Source of the DNA: Octopus sinensis
Taxonomy: Eukaryota
Reading direction: 5' to 3'
Length of the DNA stretch: 64,000 nt
NCBI RefSeq assembly: GCF_006345805.1
Contig: NC_042998.1
Span: forward strand, 116,684,001 to 116,748,000
Of this stretch, positions 1-15,228 are shown piece by piece. The translations under genes were made by a program, and so were the position numbers. Under the pieces are notes generated by a model that searched no databases, was not told where the DNA came from, and was given only the letters and a program-made list of their open reading frames with translations. Position 1 is the stretch's first letter, and every line of letters begins with the position of its first letter.

Positions 1-63
<63 letters not shown>

Positions 64-2637
64 ATATATACATACACATATTTACTAAAGTTTTGCTTTC
101 TCTATATCTGTGGTTTCATTACGTGAAACACAAAAGATTCTCGACTGTAATATCTGCCGAAAGCTAAATCAAATTTAAGCTTTGTAATTTAAATCTGCTC
201 TAAATTTCCTTCAGAATAATGAGGTTCAACAAATGCTTATGTCATTAAAGTTAATACCCTGCTGTATATTTTGTTTACTGAAGGCAGATCTAGTCAGGAT
301 AAATATTTTATAGCATAAATTACTATCCGCTATGAAGCGTTTTTTTCTCTCTCTTCATGAAAATACAACGTATTAAATGAACTCCGGTTCGCAAATCTAA
401 GTAGTATTCAACTTTTGGTAGATTACAAAAACAAAAACAAAAACAAAATAATAGTATAAGTATTTGATTTAACGATATCATTGATATATATATAGATCCA
501 GGATTTGCAAAGTAGAATTTCGAAAACATCTATTGACTGACTTCGTCATTCATATCAAAATGTCATGCAATTCCGCTACTGAAACGTCTACATATTATTA
601 CAACATTATATATAGTATTTCTAAACCATATCTCGCACTAAAGCAGTTTCCTGCATCCATCCAACTTCCCTCCCACTAAATGTTTGTCTTATTCGTATTC
701 GGAGTAACTGATCAAACGAAAATTGTACATCACTCTAAGTTCATTCTGCAAGCTTTATGGAGCTGGTAATCAACAAGGAACAAAAATTAACTATTCAGTT
801 TGAATACAATAGTTTCATTATCATACTAAAATCTTCACTATCAGAAAGTTGGTAAGAATATAAGCAAATTGTTGGTCATCATATCTAATGGTTGTAATTT
901 TAATTGATATCAAAACTTTGTGACAAACATAACTCACTTCTTTTCGTCAACTCAGAATACTGAAACAAATGGTGAATGTTATTTTAGCTTCTCAATAATA
1001 CTATTTGTCACAATAGGAGAAAAATATTCGTCATTCGTTTTGTGAAAGAAATACATCTGAAAGTTACTTGTGTGGTATTTTGGTGGAGCTGTTGTCTGTA
1101 TCTGTAGAGCTTAGAAATGTATTATGACGACAGCTCGTAATATTCCTCGAGAATTAATATAACGAATATTATTTCTTTATATAGTAAAATTTTCTCTGGG
1201 TTTATTACACAAAGAAGTTCTAGATCACAGCAGAACAATAGCTTCGTAGTGGTGGTACATATGATATATATAAACACCCATTTTCAAAACAAATGAAGCT
1301 TCTACATGGTCACTTGAACTGGTTGAAAGAGCAGGGAGTTTTTCTGAAACGATAGACTCGAAGAAACGATAGACACTAAGAAAAAGGGAACAATATACTG
1401 GAGAACATAGTTGAGGATGAAATGGCATGGTAATGGTGAGAGGTTTTCATGAGCATAGGTCTGTTCGATAAGAGATGATGTGAAGCCACAAACAAATATT
1501 GAAAAATATTAGGTTCCGCATTACTCTTAGAATATTTCGAATCAACTCGCCATTATACTTTATTTGTGCTCTATATATTTTTGTGATATAAAGCTAATCT
1601 CAAAGAAAGTATGTGTATTGAATGCATGTGATGTTGAGTTTGTGTGATGGGTTAGCAACAGCATAGGCCTTTATAAACATATGATGTTGCTGTGACGGTA
1701 GTACACTCCGGTGAGTTAACTTGCTTATGAAAGGAACCCGCAGACTGGGTGATGATTTAGGCTCTCTGTGCTATGCTACCATATTGAATATTGGAGCAGC
1801 ACAGTAGTGGTTACAGTCGAATACATCATTTCATTCGCATTTTATTTTATTAACACCAAAAAATAAAATATAAATTTGGCCACTGTATGATAAAATCCAA
1901 GAACTGAAAGAGTCTCAAGAAATTCCGCAAGTTCATTTCTTTGACACACACAAAAAAAAGAACTACCAATACGTCATCTTAATTCAGCTCGGAATTATAA
2001 GCTCTATTAACTGCATTATGTTACATATTCTGATAGGGAAATATTATCTCCTAATCGCACATTAATTTATATTTCAAAAACAATATTCCAGGAATAATTA
2101 CGTATTTAGAATGAAGAATCAATCAGATCATCTGTAGATAGATGTATGCTAAATAGCTCAAGAAAATGGAAGCGGTTTCTTAAGTTGAAGTCTTGCTTTG
2201 ATCCAACTGAGACCAACCCGTCTTTCGTTTGGCGAATCTTAGACCAAATTACCGAATAACAGATTTCTTTGAGAAGACAAAATATGTTTTGAAAATCGTC
2301 TTCTTAATTCTGCAATATGATGGTTGCCTTATACAAAATATACCCATAGAGTAAACAAAATGAGATAGATTTAAAGTAAATATGTTCCATGAATAAGTTG
2401 AGAAAATAATATTTCTAAGCTTCCATTCTATATGTGATATCCTTACAATATATCCTTTTGTATGGTTTGCTTAGAATACGTAAGAATGCTATAGTATCCT
2501 CTTCATTCATAGATACAGACATTAATATCCCATCATACATTCCTTTTCATTTATATGACAGCATCCCATTTATTGATTATATATATAAACATAATATGCA
2601 TATATAGATATAAATCTATCAATATATATAAATACAT

Positions 2638-2681
<44 letters not shown>

Positions 2682-2860
2682 ACACACATATATACACCTA
2701 TATTTATGTGTGTGTGTGCATGTATTTACTTGTCTGTATGTATCTATGGATACACGCATATATATAGGTGTGAGTGCGTGTGTGTGTGTGATTTTCTTTT
2801 CCCAAAAGAGAAATAAAGGACGGCTATATGCATTGTCTCATACATACATACATACATACA

Positions 2861-2896
<36 letters not shown>

Positions 2897-2946
2897 CATA
2901 CATACACACATATACATATATACATACATACTTACATATATATATA

Positions 2947-2996
<50 letters not shown>

Positions 2997-3373
2997 TTTA
3001 TCATTAAATTTTCAAAGTTTGATATATTCTAAACATTGCTCAGGGACCTAGAATTTGAGAAACACATTTCAAAGTGAATTCAGATATTTTGAAAAATATA
3101 TTTATATATTTATAACAAGTTGACGTACATTATTAAGTGCAATGACTCGGAATTTTTGCTCGTAAGGGAACATAAATATAAGCAAACACAAAAGCACATA
3201 CAGACATAAATACACACATTATTAACTAACAAAAATGTATATACACTTTATCTATATCACCCATATGGGATCATATATATGTGTGTGTATGTGTGAGTGT
3301 TTGTATGCCTGTGTGTATATGTATATATGTATGTATACACACATGTATATATATATATATATATGGGCATAAC

Positions 3374-3457
<84 letters not shown>

Positions 3458-4080
3458 ACATATATATACATACATACATAGTTACATACATACATACATA
3501 CATAGGCATAGAGAGGTCCATCTACATAATGGCAAGGAGAAAAATATAAATAAATCTAAGTAAAAATGCCATGATTGATAGGATATAAGAGAAAGTATGG
3601 TATGAAGGTAAAATAAAAACAAATGCGAAGGGCGAAGAGAAAAGTCTATGTGAAGGAACCTAACAATATAGAAAGTGAAGTTTATAAATATCGCAAATAT
3701 TGATGAGTCGGAGAGGATATACACAGAGTGTGGTGATGGAGACTTTCATGATTATGTAGTAGGGGAAGAACTTTTAAAGGTATAGTACCTGAGGATTCGA
3801 AGAATAAAATACGGGAGTGGTGAAAGGGATTATTTGAGGTGGTGTATCAACATATGCAAAATACGTTTGCAGTTTAAGAGTATTTACTTTCGAAATGTGG
3901 ATGTAGGATAGAAGCAAAAAAAAATGGAAATACACAGCTCCAAAGGGATTGGAATAACAGCAATGGAGAAAATCGATTTGGAAGCTGAAATAACGAAAAA
4001 TGAATAACACAATGAAAAAAATGTGAGAGAATTGATGAGTAAAACTAACATCATGTGACATGCACAGACACATGTATCTC

Positions 4081-4286
4081 AAACGTAGTTCTCAGGCAGA
4101 TCGCGAAACACAATGTGACCCGGCTGGTCCTTTGAAATACAAGTACTTCTCATATTTGCTACTTGAGTGGACTAGTACAACGGGAAATAAATTGTCTTAC
4201 TAAAGGTTAGAACGCACCAACAGGAATGGTACCCACGACCATATCATCGCAAACCGATCAGACCAAACATTAAGTCACGTACCTTC
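4081..4286 (-). mobile_element. Decayed tRNA-derived SINE
   Basis: Minus strand begins GAAGGTACGTGACTTAATG..GGTCGTGGGTACCATTCC (degenerate A/B boxes). The body resembles a remembered octopus SINE family. Confidence 0.5.
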
Positions 4287-5127
4287 AAATACACGCGCAC
4301 TCATATGCACACGCACAAACGTACACACACATACCTACATTTATGTCCCTGGTAGTGTAGGTTTGCATTTATATATATATTGTCCCTTATTGCTGAGATT
4401 ATTTTCAGTTTTCGCAACGGACAATTTATCCATGCAATTTATACACAGCCACACACTAACAAACACTTACATTTGTTTGTGTATGTGTGTGAATGAGTAA
4501 GTGTGAGTGCATGTTTGAGTGTGTGTGCGTAAGTGAATGTGCGCGTGTGGCTAGATGCATAGACAGAAAGTTAGATAGATATGTAGATAGATGTAAATAT
4601 ACATATATATCTATATCTTCTGTGTGTTGACGTCAATGTTTTTTTATCACGAAGTGATAACAGTAGATTTGCTCACTAGAACTCGGTACAGATGAATTAT
4701 GCATATTGTTCTAAGATATGACAACTGAAGTGAAGAGAAATATAATATTAGTAATAATAATTAATAGTATATAACACATTAGATTTTCGGGCGAACGCAA
4801 CCCATTAACTTTCTGCATAACGCCATCTTGAAAGATATTATTTCCTGCTATGCGCGTGACATCACAACGGCAGGAAACAATTCATTATTACGAGTATCCT
4901 ACATTTGTATATTTTCACTAAAATATCCAAATGAAGGACATTAGGTGTTTATTTTTAGTTAATTAGCATCTGCAACTTATATCCCACATAAATTGCACAA
5001 AAGAAATATGTTTACATTTCATTTCATACTTAGATAGGCATTGTACAGCTATGATTTATTTCAACGTTTCAGATTTCGGTGTGTTATGCAATATACCCAT
5101 TTTTGTGTTTGTGTGCGTGGGGGGAAA

Positions 5128-5240
5128 GTACCAAGTTTGCTTGCCAACCGCATGGTCCCCATTTCAATCCTACTGCGTGGCACCTTGGGCTTCTATTATA
5201 GCCCTAGCAGAGAAAAGCTTTGTGCAACTGAAATCCGAGT
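5128..5240 (+). mobile_element. Partial tRNA-derived SINE
   Basis: tttgcttgccaaccgcatggtc..tttcaatcctactgcgtggcaccttggg..ttctattatagcc, homologous to 55123-55280 and 44510-44664. Confidence 0.55.
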
Positions 5241-8200
5241 GTCCATTTGGTCAACTGAAAGCAGTTTTGGCATAAAGTTGGCAGACACACGTCTCTTACC
5301 CGAATCTTATTTAATAATCGACTGAACTGAACCTTAACTATTCAGCACATTCTGTGATAACTAACTGATGGTGATTCGACGATTTCCTCTCACAGTTGCA
5401 CCCACATCTGGGATGTTTTTCTCAGTTCTGCTGGTTGCGTGTTTCCCAGAATGTTCGTCATTTTTTTCTCTCATCCTGGAAACGCCAAGTTATATACATA
5501 TATATACTATGTGTTCTTACATGCATGATTTTCATGTTGAACTTCAATGAATTCTGGATAGTATATATAGAATTATTTGAAAGTAATTCATATAAATACG
5601 TTTTTATGCGTTTTGTGTCAGACGTGTGTTGCGCACAGAGAACATAAAACAAATGTGTTGGCAATAAATGTAAAGAGATGTTAATTGAAAGAAATTTTTA
5701 AGGAGGAGATATAGTTGCCAGCTTCAACTTCTGTCTCTAGGCACTTATAATAAACATTGTAGCGATTAAAATGATGGAACTGCTAGGGACTATTCTCTGA
5801 CTCAAAATGCAAGTTAACGTCAACATTTTGATTACTTCTAGTGACGAGTTTCATGGTATTGATTTTCTCTAATCACAGTGGGATGGAAATTTATATCAGC
5901 CTTACTTGAACAGTAGGTGGATCTGCCGATGCTCTTGTCATTTATAAATGTTAGTTTGTGATTGATTATATGTTAAAAAAGCGTCCGTGAAAGACGTTTC
6001 ACTTGGTTGCAAATTCTTAAGCACTTATTTAATGTATTCACTAACTTAGTAACAAATCCCTTTACTACATATGTTTCACATAGTCACTTTATTATCTGTC
6101 TGTTTCACAAATACTTTTAATAAAATGATGATTGCAAGCAATATTTTATCGCACAAATATTAAGGAATTAGTAGAGATGCAAATGAACTGTAGTAAATGA
6201 CCTGCACGTCTTAGATTTAATACCTACCATTAATATAGGGTGGCAGTCAACACCTGTCTTTCCACTTCATCGATTTGACGAAAATTTATAGTTTTTTCTT
6301 AAAAAATCCTATTTGATGAAATGTAAATTTCGTGAAAGAATGCAAAAATTAATATCCGTTTCTTGTTTACGCCCTCTTTTCTGGAAGCCAACATCTCGTA
6401 GACTTCAAACAGACAAAAGTACATCACTTGCACCACAGTAACTAAAGAACATAATAAGCGTAAACAAATACCGGAAATACTATTTTTCCCAATGTGCAGA
6501 CGATCCCTCAATATTCCACCCATGTGTCAAAATCTGTTTTATCGAACTCGGAAGTACCTACATATACACTTTATCTTGCGCATCGTTTTCTTTTTTGAGA
6601 GAGCAGGATGCTTAGTTTTAGTTCATTTAACTACTATTTCTAGTATATGGAATGTCCATAAAAGGGATTCGCCTTTGGCTCGTAATATGAATGTAAATTG
6701 TATGTCCTATCAAAATCAGCATTTGTATATATTTCCGTTGCCGTAGACAATTCTCAGCTCTTCATGAGCTTTTGAAAAACAGTTATACTCATAATTATAT
6801 AAACTCTATTTATGTATTTTGTTTTGGAACACTTTCCTAATTCATTTGTATAATTACCTTGGGGCAAATATACAATGTTGTTTCTGCATATATTTCACAT
6901 TTCATGTGATGGCATAACTATTGCATAATGTAAGGCATGACAATTTCTCTTTTGTTTTGTAGTGCTCCACCTTTATTTGGAGTTGATTTTATAAACTATG
7001 TTCAGATTTATTACACTACTTTCTTCAATGTTTAAGGAAGTATCACAAAATCCTCGATTGATAATTTAGTTGCTATACTGAGCAGTTTCATTTAAAGAGA
7101 ATAAATAATTATTAGTATTTTGCTATTTCTCACATTCCTGCTTGTTAGAGAAAAGAATATTTGGAAAAAGAAATAAAAAAATGAATAGCAAAATAGCTGC
7201 AGAGTATGAAGAAAATATATCAATCAATATGCAGATCATAGGAATTTAATCTAACGGAAACAACCATTCAGTAATGACTTCCTAAACGGGTGCTTCATGA
7301 AACTAACTCGGAAATAGATTGACATCTATCTCATAAGTTCATCAGTAAATCTATATGAAGTATTTTCACCACTTCTCTCAAAAGCATCATATTACCAAAA
7401 CCTCTAATATCGGAAGTTGAGTTGGACAGATTTGGCGTTTCAAAAGAAAGACATAATATAAGATGGGAAATCCTCAATTTTTATGGATGAATGTACGTTA
7501 ATGTAAATGGCTGAATCGATGAAACGCTTAAGTCAAGCAGTTCATTAAGAATAGTTCAAATTTTGATCATTCATTTTTTTGTATATACTCTGTAATTTTC
7601 TGTGAATGTAATCTCTTTTCCTCTACTCACAGATTTTACTGAATGAATACAAAGTTAAAGGACATTTGCTAAAATATAAGTGAACGCTCAGAAATATATT
7701 TTATTTCTATATATCACTGACCTCCGACGTTATGAATGAATAAATATTATGTAAATGTGGATTCTAATTTTGTATGCAGTTCATATGTCATATAATATAA
7801 GCAAATACAGTATATCATACCAATATATAGTGTTACATCAGCGTTTACACCAATTACACCAACTACAGCAATTTTACACACTGGGCAATTAATACTGCTT
7901 TCATTCAAGGGAAATACTTCACTATCAATGCATCGAAAGTTCAATTCTCTCTCACGTAGGTTTCCTTTCGTTGTAGTTTTTTTTTATAATAAAGCTAGTT
8001 CCGTTAATACGTAATGGTTTATTCAAGTAACTATGCAGACTACTATGCCAAAGTGAGTTTCCTTTTGAGAAAAGCAAATAATTGCGACGATGAAGTTAAT
8101 CAGACAGATTCAAATTTTGGGACGCTATCGAAATAACGTCGTTAATTTTGCTTGATCTCTTGAATTCAGATACTACCAGCCATGATTTTCTTCCCTATAT

Positions 8201-8727
8201 TCCTTTGCTATAAACAACAGAAATAAGATATGCTTAATTCAGTTGGCTATTATTGCTTGTGTAAATGGCTTATTTAACTAGCTGAAAGCAATCGATTTCC
8301 ACAAATGGGATATCTACAATGTATTTGTGTATCGGTTTCTTTTTCATCTTGTCAGGATTAATTAATATATGGATGTACAGATAAATTGTCTGGTTGTATA
8401 GAATTTCAGCGATTTATAACGTTTAGTAAAATGAAATAGCTTCAAACTAGAATCGAAGATGAACGTTTAATTCTTAGAGTATGCAGCTTGTCAGACAATA
8501 TAATTGTGCTAGTATGTGTAGCATATATAGCAACGTTCTTCCTTATGAAGCTAGTCCATACAGTATTTTCGATTTACTATTTTCGACTTCACTAAATATA
8601 CGGATACATTATTGCATCATTCAACAGCGTTTCTGTTCGCTGTATTTTTTTTACTCCTTTAGAAGCAAGGTTTGTACTGGTTTTAACTATTCGGGAATAA
8701 ATAAAATTTCAATATTAATCATTAGAA

Positions 8728-8808
8728 AGGCGGTGAGGTGGCGAAATCGTTGGCATTTCGGCCGTTTTCCTGCTTTGAGTTCAAATTCTGTCGAGTACGA
8801 TTTTGCTA
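8728..8808 (+). mobile_element. Truncated tRNA-derived SINE (second family)
   Basis: GGCGGTGAGGTGGCGAAATCGTT (A box)...GAGTTCAAATTC (B box), homologous to 31905-32113. Confidence 0.6.
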
Positions 8809-11800
8809 GTATCTATAGAATAATTTCAAAGTAATTCATATAAATACTACAACAGGCCTAGATTGAGTCCCAGCAAATATGTTTAAAAAATGCAAGAAGG
8901 CTCTTGCAAAACCACTGCAAATAATTTTCCAGTGTTCTCTTAAATGCAGTAAATTACCTCAAATGTTAAAAGAAAGTCGATCACTGGAGTCGATTGGATC
9001 GATTTTCTCCTCTGAAACTGCGGAGCCTTATTCCAAAATTTGAAACCAATATTAAGCATAAGAAATTTAGCTACAATTAAATTTTCTATACTGCCTGCAA
9101 GCAGACGACTGTGACAGAACTTCAATAGTAAACAAATATTTTAAACTTTTACGAATCTATTGATTAAACGTCATACGGCCCATGTCAAATAAATATTCGC
9201 ATGATTTGACATTATCAGAATTTTCCTTTTCAACTCTTTCTTGTATAGAAATATATATTTCATAGTTATCGTCAGTCATAGTATTTCTACTGCATGATTT
9301 ACTTAAACTATATACAATACAGTACCGCCAGAATATTGCCAGAATCATGTAGATTTTAAAACTGAAATAGGATGGATCATACAGGGAATGTATATTTGAT
9401 AAGTTTTTTAATAATTCTAAAGAAGTTATACCAAATAAAATGCCCCACCGAGAGTTTTATCATAAATATATATGCATCATTGTTCACATTGCGGTAAAGT
9501 TACACGATATCTCAGTCGAATAGTCGTGCATGACCGTATGTACACAGAGGTACATATATATTTTGCAACACATGCACAAAAGCAAATATAAATATTTAAT
9601 GCGGTATTGATAACCAAATATCTACTATAGAACTATGTAAAATTATGCACAGTGAATGAAACTGTGACTGGAGAGGATAGAATATATAATACAGGTCAAC
9701 ACGATGAATCAGTTTCATAAATCGATATGTAATAAAGTACAGTATTTGCAGCAAATGATGTCGCGCATGCATGAGAAATTGCCAAATTTAATTTGCTTCA
9801 AATTTCTAAAATTGATTGACCTCAATTTAATTATGTGTGTCAATTTCTATTTTCTGGTTTTGTATATGTATTATGTTTCCATTATTTCTAAAGAATAAAA
9901 AAAAGCATTTTATGAGTAATATTTCTCCATCAATTATATAATTTTCAATATGAGTAATAAAATATCTGGTGTTTCAAGTAATTACTAATATATAAATATA
10001 TGAAGTTAAAATAGTTGAATGAATCATTGTTATAATACTTGTTATTCTCACCGTTACTCCAAATCTATTTATGTAACAACACTAATAAACGAATCAACTC
10101 TCTCACATTAATGTTTTTCTACACCAAACATTAGACATTTCTTCCTCGCGGCATAACATTTATTCAACTGTCAACATTTTGCGTTACCATTTGCCGGCGG
10201 ATATCATCGCTTTACACAGACACTCAGCAAAAGCACGCTCACAGACAGACAGAGAGACAGAATACACACACGCGCAGAGACACGCACACGCGCAGAGACA
10301 CACGCACGCACACACAAAAACACATACGTATACAGTATATATCAGAGAAGATGATCTTAATGAAGTAATGATGAAATATTGAAGACTGCTTCATATTCAT
10401 GTTCTTCAATATATGAATTATGATACAGACAACACACACACATACATGTAAATATAAAACACTGCATCATTATAGATAGATTGATACACAGACAAATATG
10501 TATAAACACACATACACACACTTACATACACACACACATATTTATATATACATCCATATACAGCCGCGCGCACACGCAAAAACGATTATTCTTCAATCTT
10601 ATTGTGTTGCTGTAAGCAGATTTGATACACATAGCCATGGCATTAACAAAACAGAAAGGTACAATATTCTCTTACGAATAGTAATTTACACGCTAGAGGA
10701 AAATAGAAAACTGGGTTTGAAATGGAAATTGGCGATAGGGATAGATTGTGAAGTGTTGTTACTACGACAGTTTAATTCTACATGGAAATACCTTGAAAAA
10801 TAAAACAATAATTAAGAATCTCACACAAATATATTACTGAAGTAAAAAAAGGAATTAGTTGAAGAGGCTCAGTATTATCATATTTAGGATGTCTAACTCA
10901 CATACAAGGCTAGAAAGTTTTGGTGGGGCGAACCAGTCGAAGCTACTAACAGATATATTATTTCATCTACAACTCAAAGTTTTATCTCATATGAAGTCAT
11001 TTATAATACCCGATTAAAACATTTCTTAGACATTTTCTTCAATTTTGCAGGAATACTGATGTTATTTGCCCTCACTGGGGCCAGGTACTCGAGAAGTCTG
11101 GATTGAAATCTTGAGAAATGAGCAGAAAAGATGTGTTCTTCCTACATCGTGTTTCTGACTTCCTGCGAACACCAAAGATCTTAATATATGTGTTAAATAG
11201 TATGAAAAATGATACTAGATGTGTCGAGTAACTCAAGTCCCATCAATTGAGATCCTTGTAGCATAATGGTGTTCAGTAATCACCAGTTCATTTATTCAGA
11301 AGTTAATCACAATTGTTGATAAAGAAGAGAGCAAAAATGTAAGACAAAACATTATAAATATAAAAAAAATGTAACACGTAACATTATAAATAACAGATTC
11401 ATGATGCGCTGCAAAACCTAAAAGACAGTTGGAAATTTTGCAGCGAGTGAAAGGCATGGAAACTTGTGTTTATAGGTAGCTATCATAAAGAAGGTTCAAA
11501 CTTACCTTATGAGAGATATTTATCCGCGTAAAATTGGATATATGAAATAGTACAGGTAATTTAAAAGCGGGTGCTGTTTCAGAATCACTTTGAGACTACA
11601 GCTACCTGTAGTTACGTTGATTGAATCTCCAGTATGCTAGACCTCGAAAGCGACCTTAAACACACTTTATGTAAATGTATCAAACTATTCATTCGTGCCC
11701 TAACGCTTGATTCGATAAACGATTTTGGAAGCAGTACACCAAATATGAATATCGAGTATTTAGTATTACATCAACGTATAAATAATAAAGGCCGGTTGCA

Positions 11801-12196
11801 TTAGCACAACTATCAGTGTTTTGGAAATTAGAAAGGGTATGTGGTCAACTGACCATGTATTCAAGGTAGAATGATGAAAATAATAATTGCTATACTTTAT
11901 TAATTTGTGCTAGATACTGAGAATAAATATTTCGTATGCATGGTTTCTTTTGAATATTTGAGAGCTATAAAGTGTTTAAATTCTATCTAGATAAATAACG
12001 CGCATCTTCTGTCATATTACATTAGGACACCTTAAATATTATATATAAATGCCGGGTATTATGTTTAATAACATGAACATGTAATATTCAAAGGTGTATA
12101 AACCGGGTTAACACATACTTTGAGTTTCTACCTGTATTCCTTCATCGAAAAGTGATTATCTGTGATGGTAATGAATATATATATATATATATATAT

Positions 12197-12251
<55 letters not shown>

Positions 12252-12341
12252 TGAGAGAGAGAGTGAGAGAGAGAAACTGTGTACAGTGTAATAGCGAGTA
12301 ATAGAGTGTTATGAATGTATGTATGCATTTATGTATGTAAG

Positions 12342-12640
12342 TCATTATTCAGTTTTATTTCAAGCCTTTTGCAATAAAGTGCCGGTTTCTAAACTTCATC
12401 GAATTTCAATATCAACAACAGGGTATCTTTTTTATATATGTAAGTATACGTGCAGATTTATACGCTTTGCTTTATGTATGTCTTCTTACACACATGTAGA
12501 CATGCTCATATATATATTTTAATGATAAATTTCTGGAAACTTTTACAGAATTTTACAGTTCCAATGATGGCTTACATGTGTAGTCTTCGAATCGGCAGTC
12601 TCCTTTCTGGTTTTGAGGAGCCTATTTTTTGAAGATTGTT
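12342..12640 (-). mobile_element. 3' end of the same probable RLE-type LINE (copy 2 of 2)
   Basis: Shares tcattattcagttttattt, gccggttt, tagacatgctcatata, aatgataaa..tctggaaa and tcgaatc..tctcctttctggttttgag with 54560-54927. Confidence 0.55.
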
Positions 12641-13036
12641 ATTTAGGCAGTGTGTTCCATATCCCAGTGCCCCAATATTTATAGGTTTAAAGCTGAACTT
12701 GTAATCAGGTTAGAGTAACTAGAGGTTTCTCAATAGTTCAGTGTACGTATTTCATGCAACGATAGTTTCATGCAACTTCATTTAATTGGGCAATGGACTC
12801 ATTACATCAATTTAAAATGCAGAGCAATACTCAGTTGCACAAAGACAGAGAATTTAATTTATTTAAAACAGATGGACACTTAAATATAATTATACCTAAA
12901 ATCTCCAAGAAGTTACGGAGGTAGACAAAGAACATGCTGCCTCCACTCTCTCTCTCATTATATATATTTGAGTACTCTTTTTCCAACCATATTTCACTTT
13001 TATGTGCTTAATCCGGTATATACGCACACACACACA

Positions 13037-13111
<75 letters not shown>

Positions 13112-13242
13112 GTGTGTGTGTGTGTGTATGTGTGTGTGTGTATGTGTGGTGTGAGTGTGCACATATATATATTTGTATATATATATAAATACGCAGACAC
13201 ACACACACAAATATATATATATATATATAGAGAGAGAGAAAG

Positions 13243-13268
13243 AGATAGATAGATAGATAGATAGATAT

Positions 13269-13354
<86 letters not shown>
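13243..13354 (+). repeat. (GATA)n microsatellite within a TA/TG/GA compound array (13020-13365)
   Basis: Direct reading. Confidence 0.95.
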
Positions 13355-13355
<1 letters not shown>

Positions 13356-13374
13356 TTGATATAGATATATACTT

Positions 13375-13530
13375 GTGTATGTATTTAGAAATACATGCAT
13401 AAGATGGATTTCTCTCGCTTTCCGTCTTCATAATGCTTGGGCCGACTCGAGACGAGAACAGAAAATACTTGGACAAAAGACTACGTAATGGAAGTATATC
13501 CGAGGCCATGTTCGTATGAATCAATCATAT
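13375..13530 (-). mobile_element. Highly decayed SINE of the 55123 family
   Basis: Reverse complement contains catggcctcgga..ttcc..gtagtcttttgtccaagtatttt..tcgagtcggcccaagc, similar to the family body. Confidence 0.35.
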
Positions 13531-14006
13531 TTGGACACATTAAGATGTGTGCCTGTATATGTGTGTGTATATATTTGTGAGCGTGCTTGTGGGTGTGTAT
13601 GTGTATATGTGTGTATGCCTGTGTTTGTACATGTGTGTTTGTGCGTGCGTGCATACAATATCTGTGAAGCGGGTGCAAGATTTGCGGAGCCACTGCAGAG
13701 ATGTGAAATGACTCGAAGCAGGATTTAACAATACTTTCGCAATTATAGCTATTTAAATTCTGATTGCACTTGGTTAATAATTAAGGAGGGGCTTGATCTT
13801 GTCCACGTATACTGTGTATGTGTTTTCCTGTTATTTTATGCTTTCACCTCTGTCATGAGTTTATATTTCAATATATTATGTTATAATGATAGATAAGTGT
13901 GTGTTTGCGTGCATGTACAATATTATATCATATTCTTTTATTTTTTAGTGTATCATTCTTTTATTATTTCAGTTTTTCAATAAACTGACGACGGCTATGT
14001 ATGTAT

Positions 14007-14050
<44 letters not shown>

Positions 14051-14053
<3 letters not shown>

Positions 14054-14636
14054 TGACTGCCATGACTTTTTGATGTTTTTGATGTTAGTGGGTGTGTATG
14101 TGTGCGTGAAGGACCAATAGACTTGTGCAAGATCATTACTGATCGCTTCCCAGTTTACGTTGTGGAAATCCGTAGTGTCAAATGGGTGGACAGGAGGGAT
14201 CACGTTTGTTTTGCATTTTGGCCGGTGAAATATCATATCAGAGAGAACCATGTCATGATCAGAGAGTAGAGTTTTCTCCAGTGCAAGACTTGGACCCCGT
14301 ACGATCCGCCCACAACAAAAATCTAAATCGCATCTCATAACAACAATACAGCACAATTATTTCACCTCAATTGGACCCCGCTCTCTTCAACATCACACCA
14401 GGACACGTCAAAAGAGAAACTGACAACACAAAATTCAAGAAGTCTTTGGACAAATTCCTTCAAACGGTCCTGGACAAACCACCCACACCCGAATATGTCT
14501 CCTCAAACAATAACTCTCTGCTCGAATGGGCCTTGGTGCCCAAATCCTGAATTGAAAGACTTCGCCAGGTGGTGCTATTAAGTTAGACATAGCCTGGGCC
14601 AATACTGGCCAAGACCTTTCTAAGTTATTCTAAGTT
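14051..14636. mobile_element. Composite LINE relic: inverted endonuclease-end/linker segment (14051-~14350, minus) fused to a plus-strand 3' end (~14350-14636)
   Basis: Minus strand gives LDF...TLLSDHDMV...DFHNVNWEAISNDL (APE SDH motif plus linker). Plus strand gives NYFTSIGPRLFNITP..KFKKSLDKFLQTVLDKP followed by a (TTCTAAG)-like repeated tail. Flanked by TA-rich microsatellite on both sides. Confidence 0.75.
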
Positions 14637-15144
14637 ATACATATATATGTATATATATGCATATATATATACATATATATGCATATATATATATACATAT
14701 ATATACATACATACATATATATATACATATATATACATACATATATACATACATATATATATACATATTTATATACATACATATATATACATAAATATAT
14801 ATATATACATATATATATACATAGATATACATATATATATACATATACATATATATATATATATATATACAGATATATACATATATATATATATATGTAC
14901 ATATATGTATATATATATATGTTATATATATATGTATATATATATATATATATATACATATACACATATATATATATATATATATTATATATATACATAA
15001 TATATATATATATATGTATATATATGTATATATATATGTATATATATATGTACTTATATATATTTATCTATATATGTATATATATATGTATATATATATA
15101 TGTATATATATATGTATGTATATATATATATATATGTATATATG

Positions 15145-15176
<32 letters not shown>

Positions 15177-15228
15177 TATCACGTGATCACGTGACCGAGC
15201 AGGCCAATATATATATATATATACACAT
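14637..15228. repeat. Large degenerate (TA)n/(TACA)n/(TATG)n microsatellite block
   Basis: Direct reading. It explains the Y/I/M-rich ORFs here. Confidence 0.95.

Noticed and set aside
11507-11594. Minus-strand segment ending in a perfect AAG|GTAAGT donor (SDSETAPAFKLPVLFHISNFTRINISHK)
   Set aside because: No strong acceptor and no similarity to the receptor ATD. Such donor hexamers occur by chance several times in the window.
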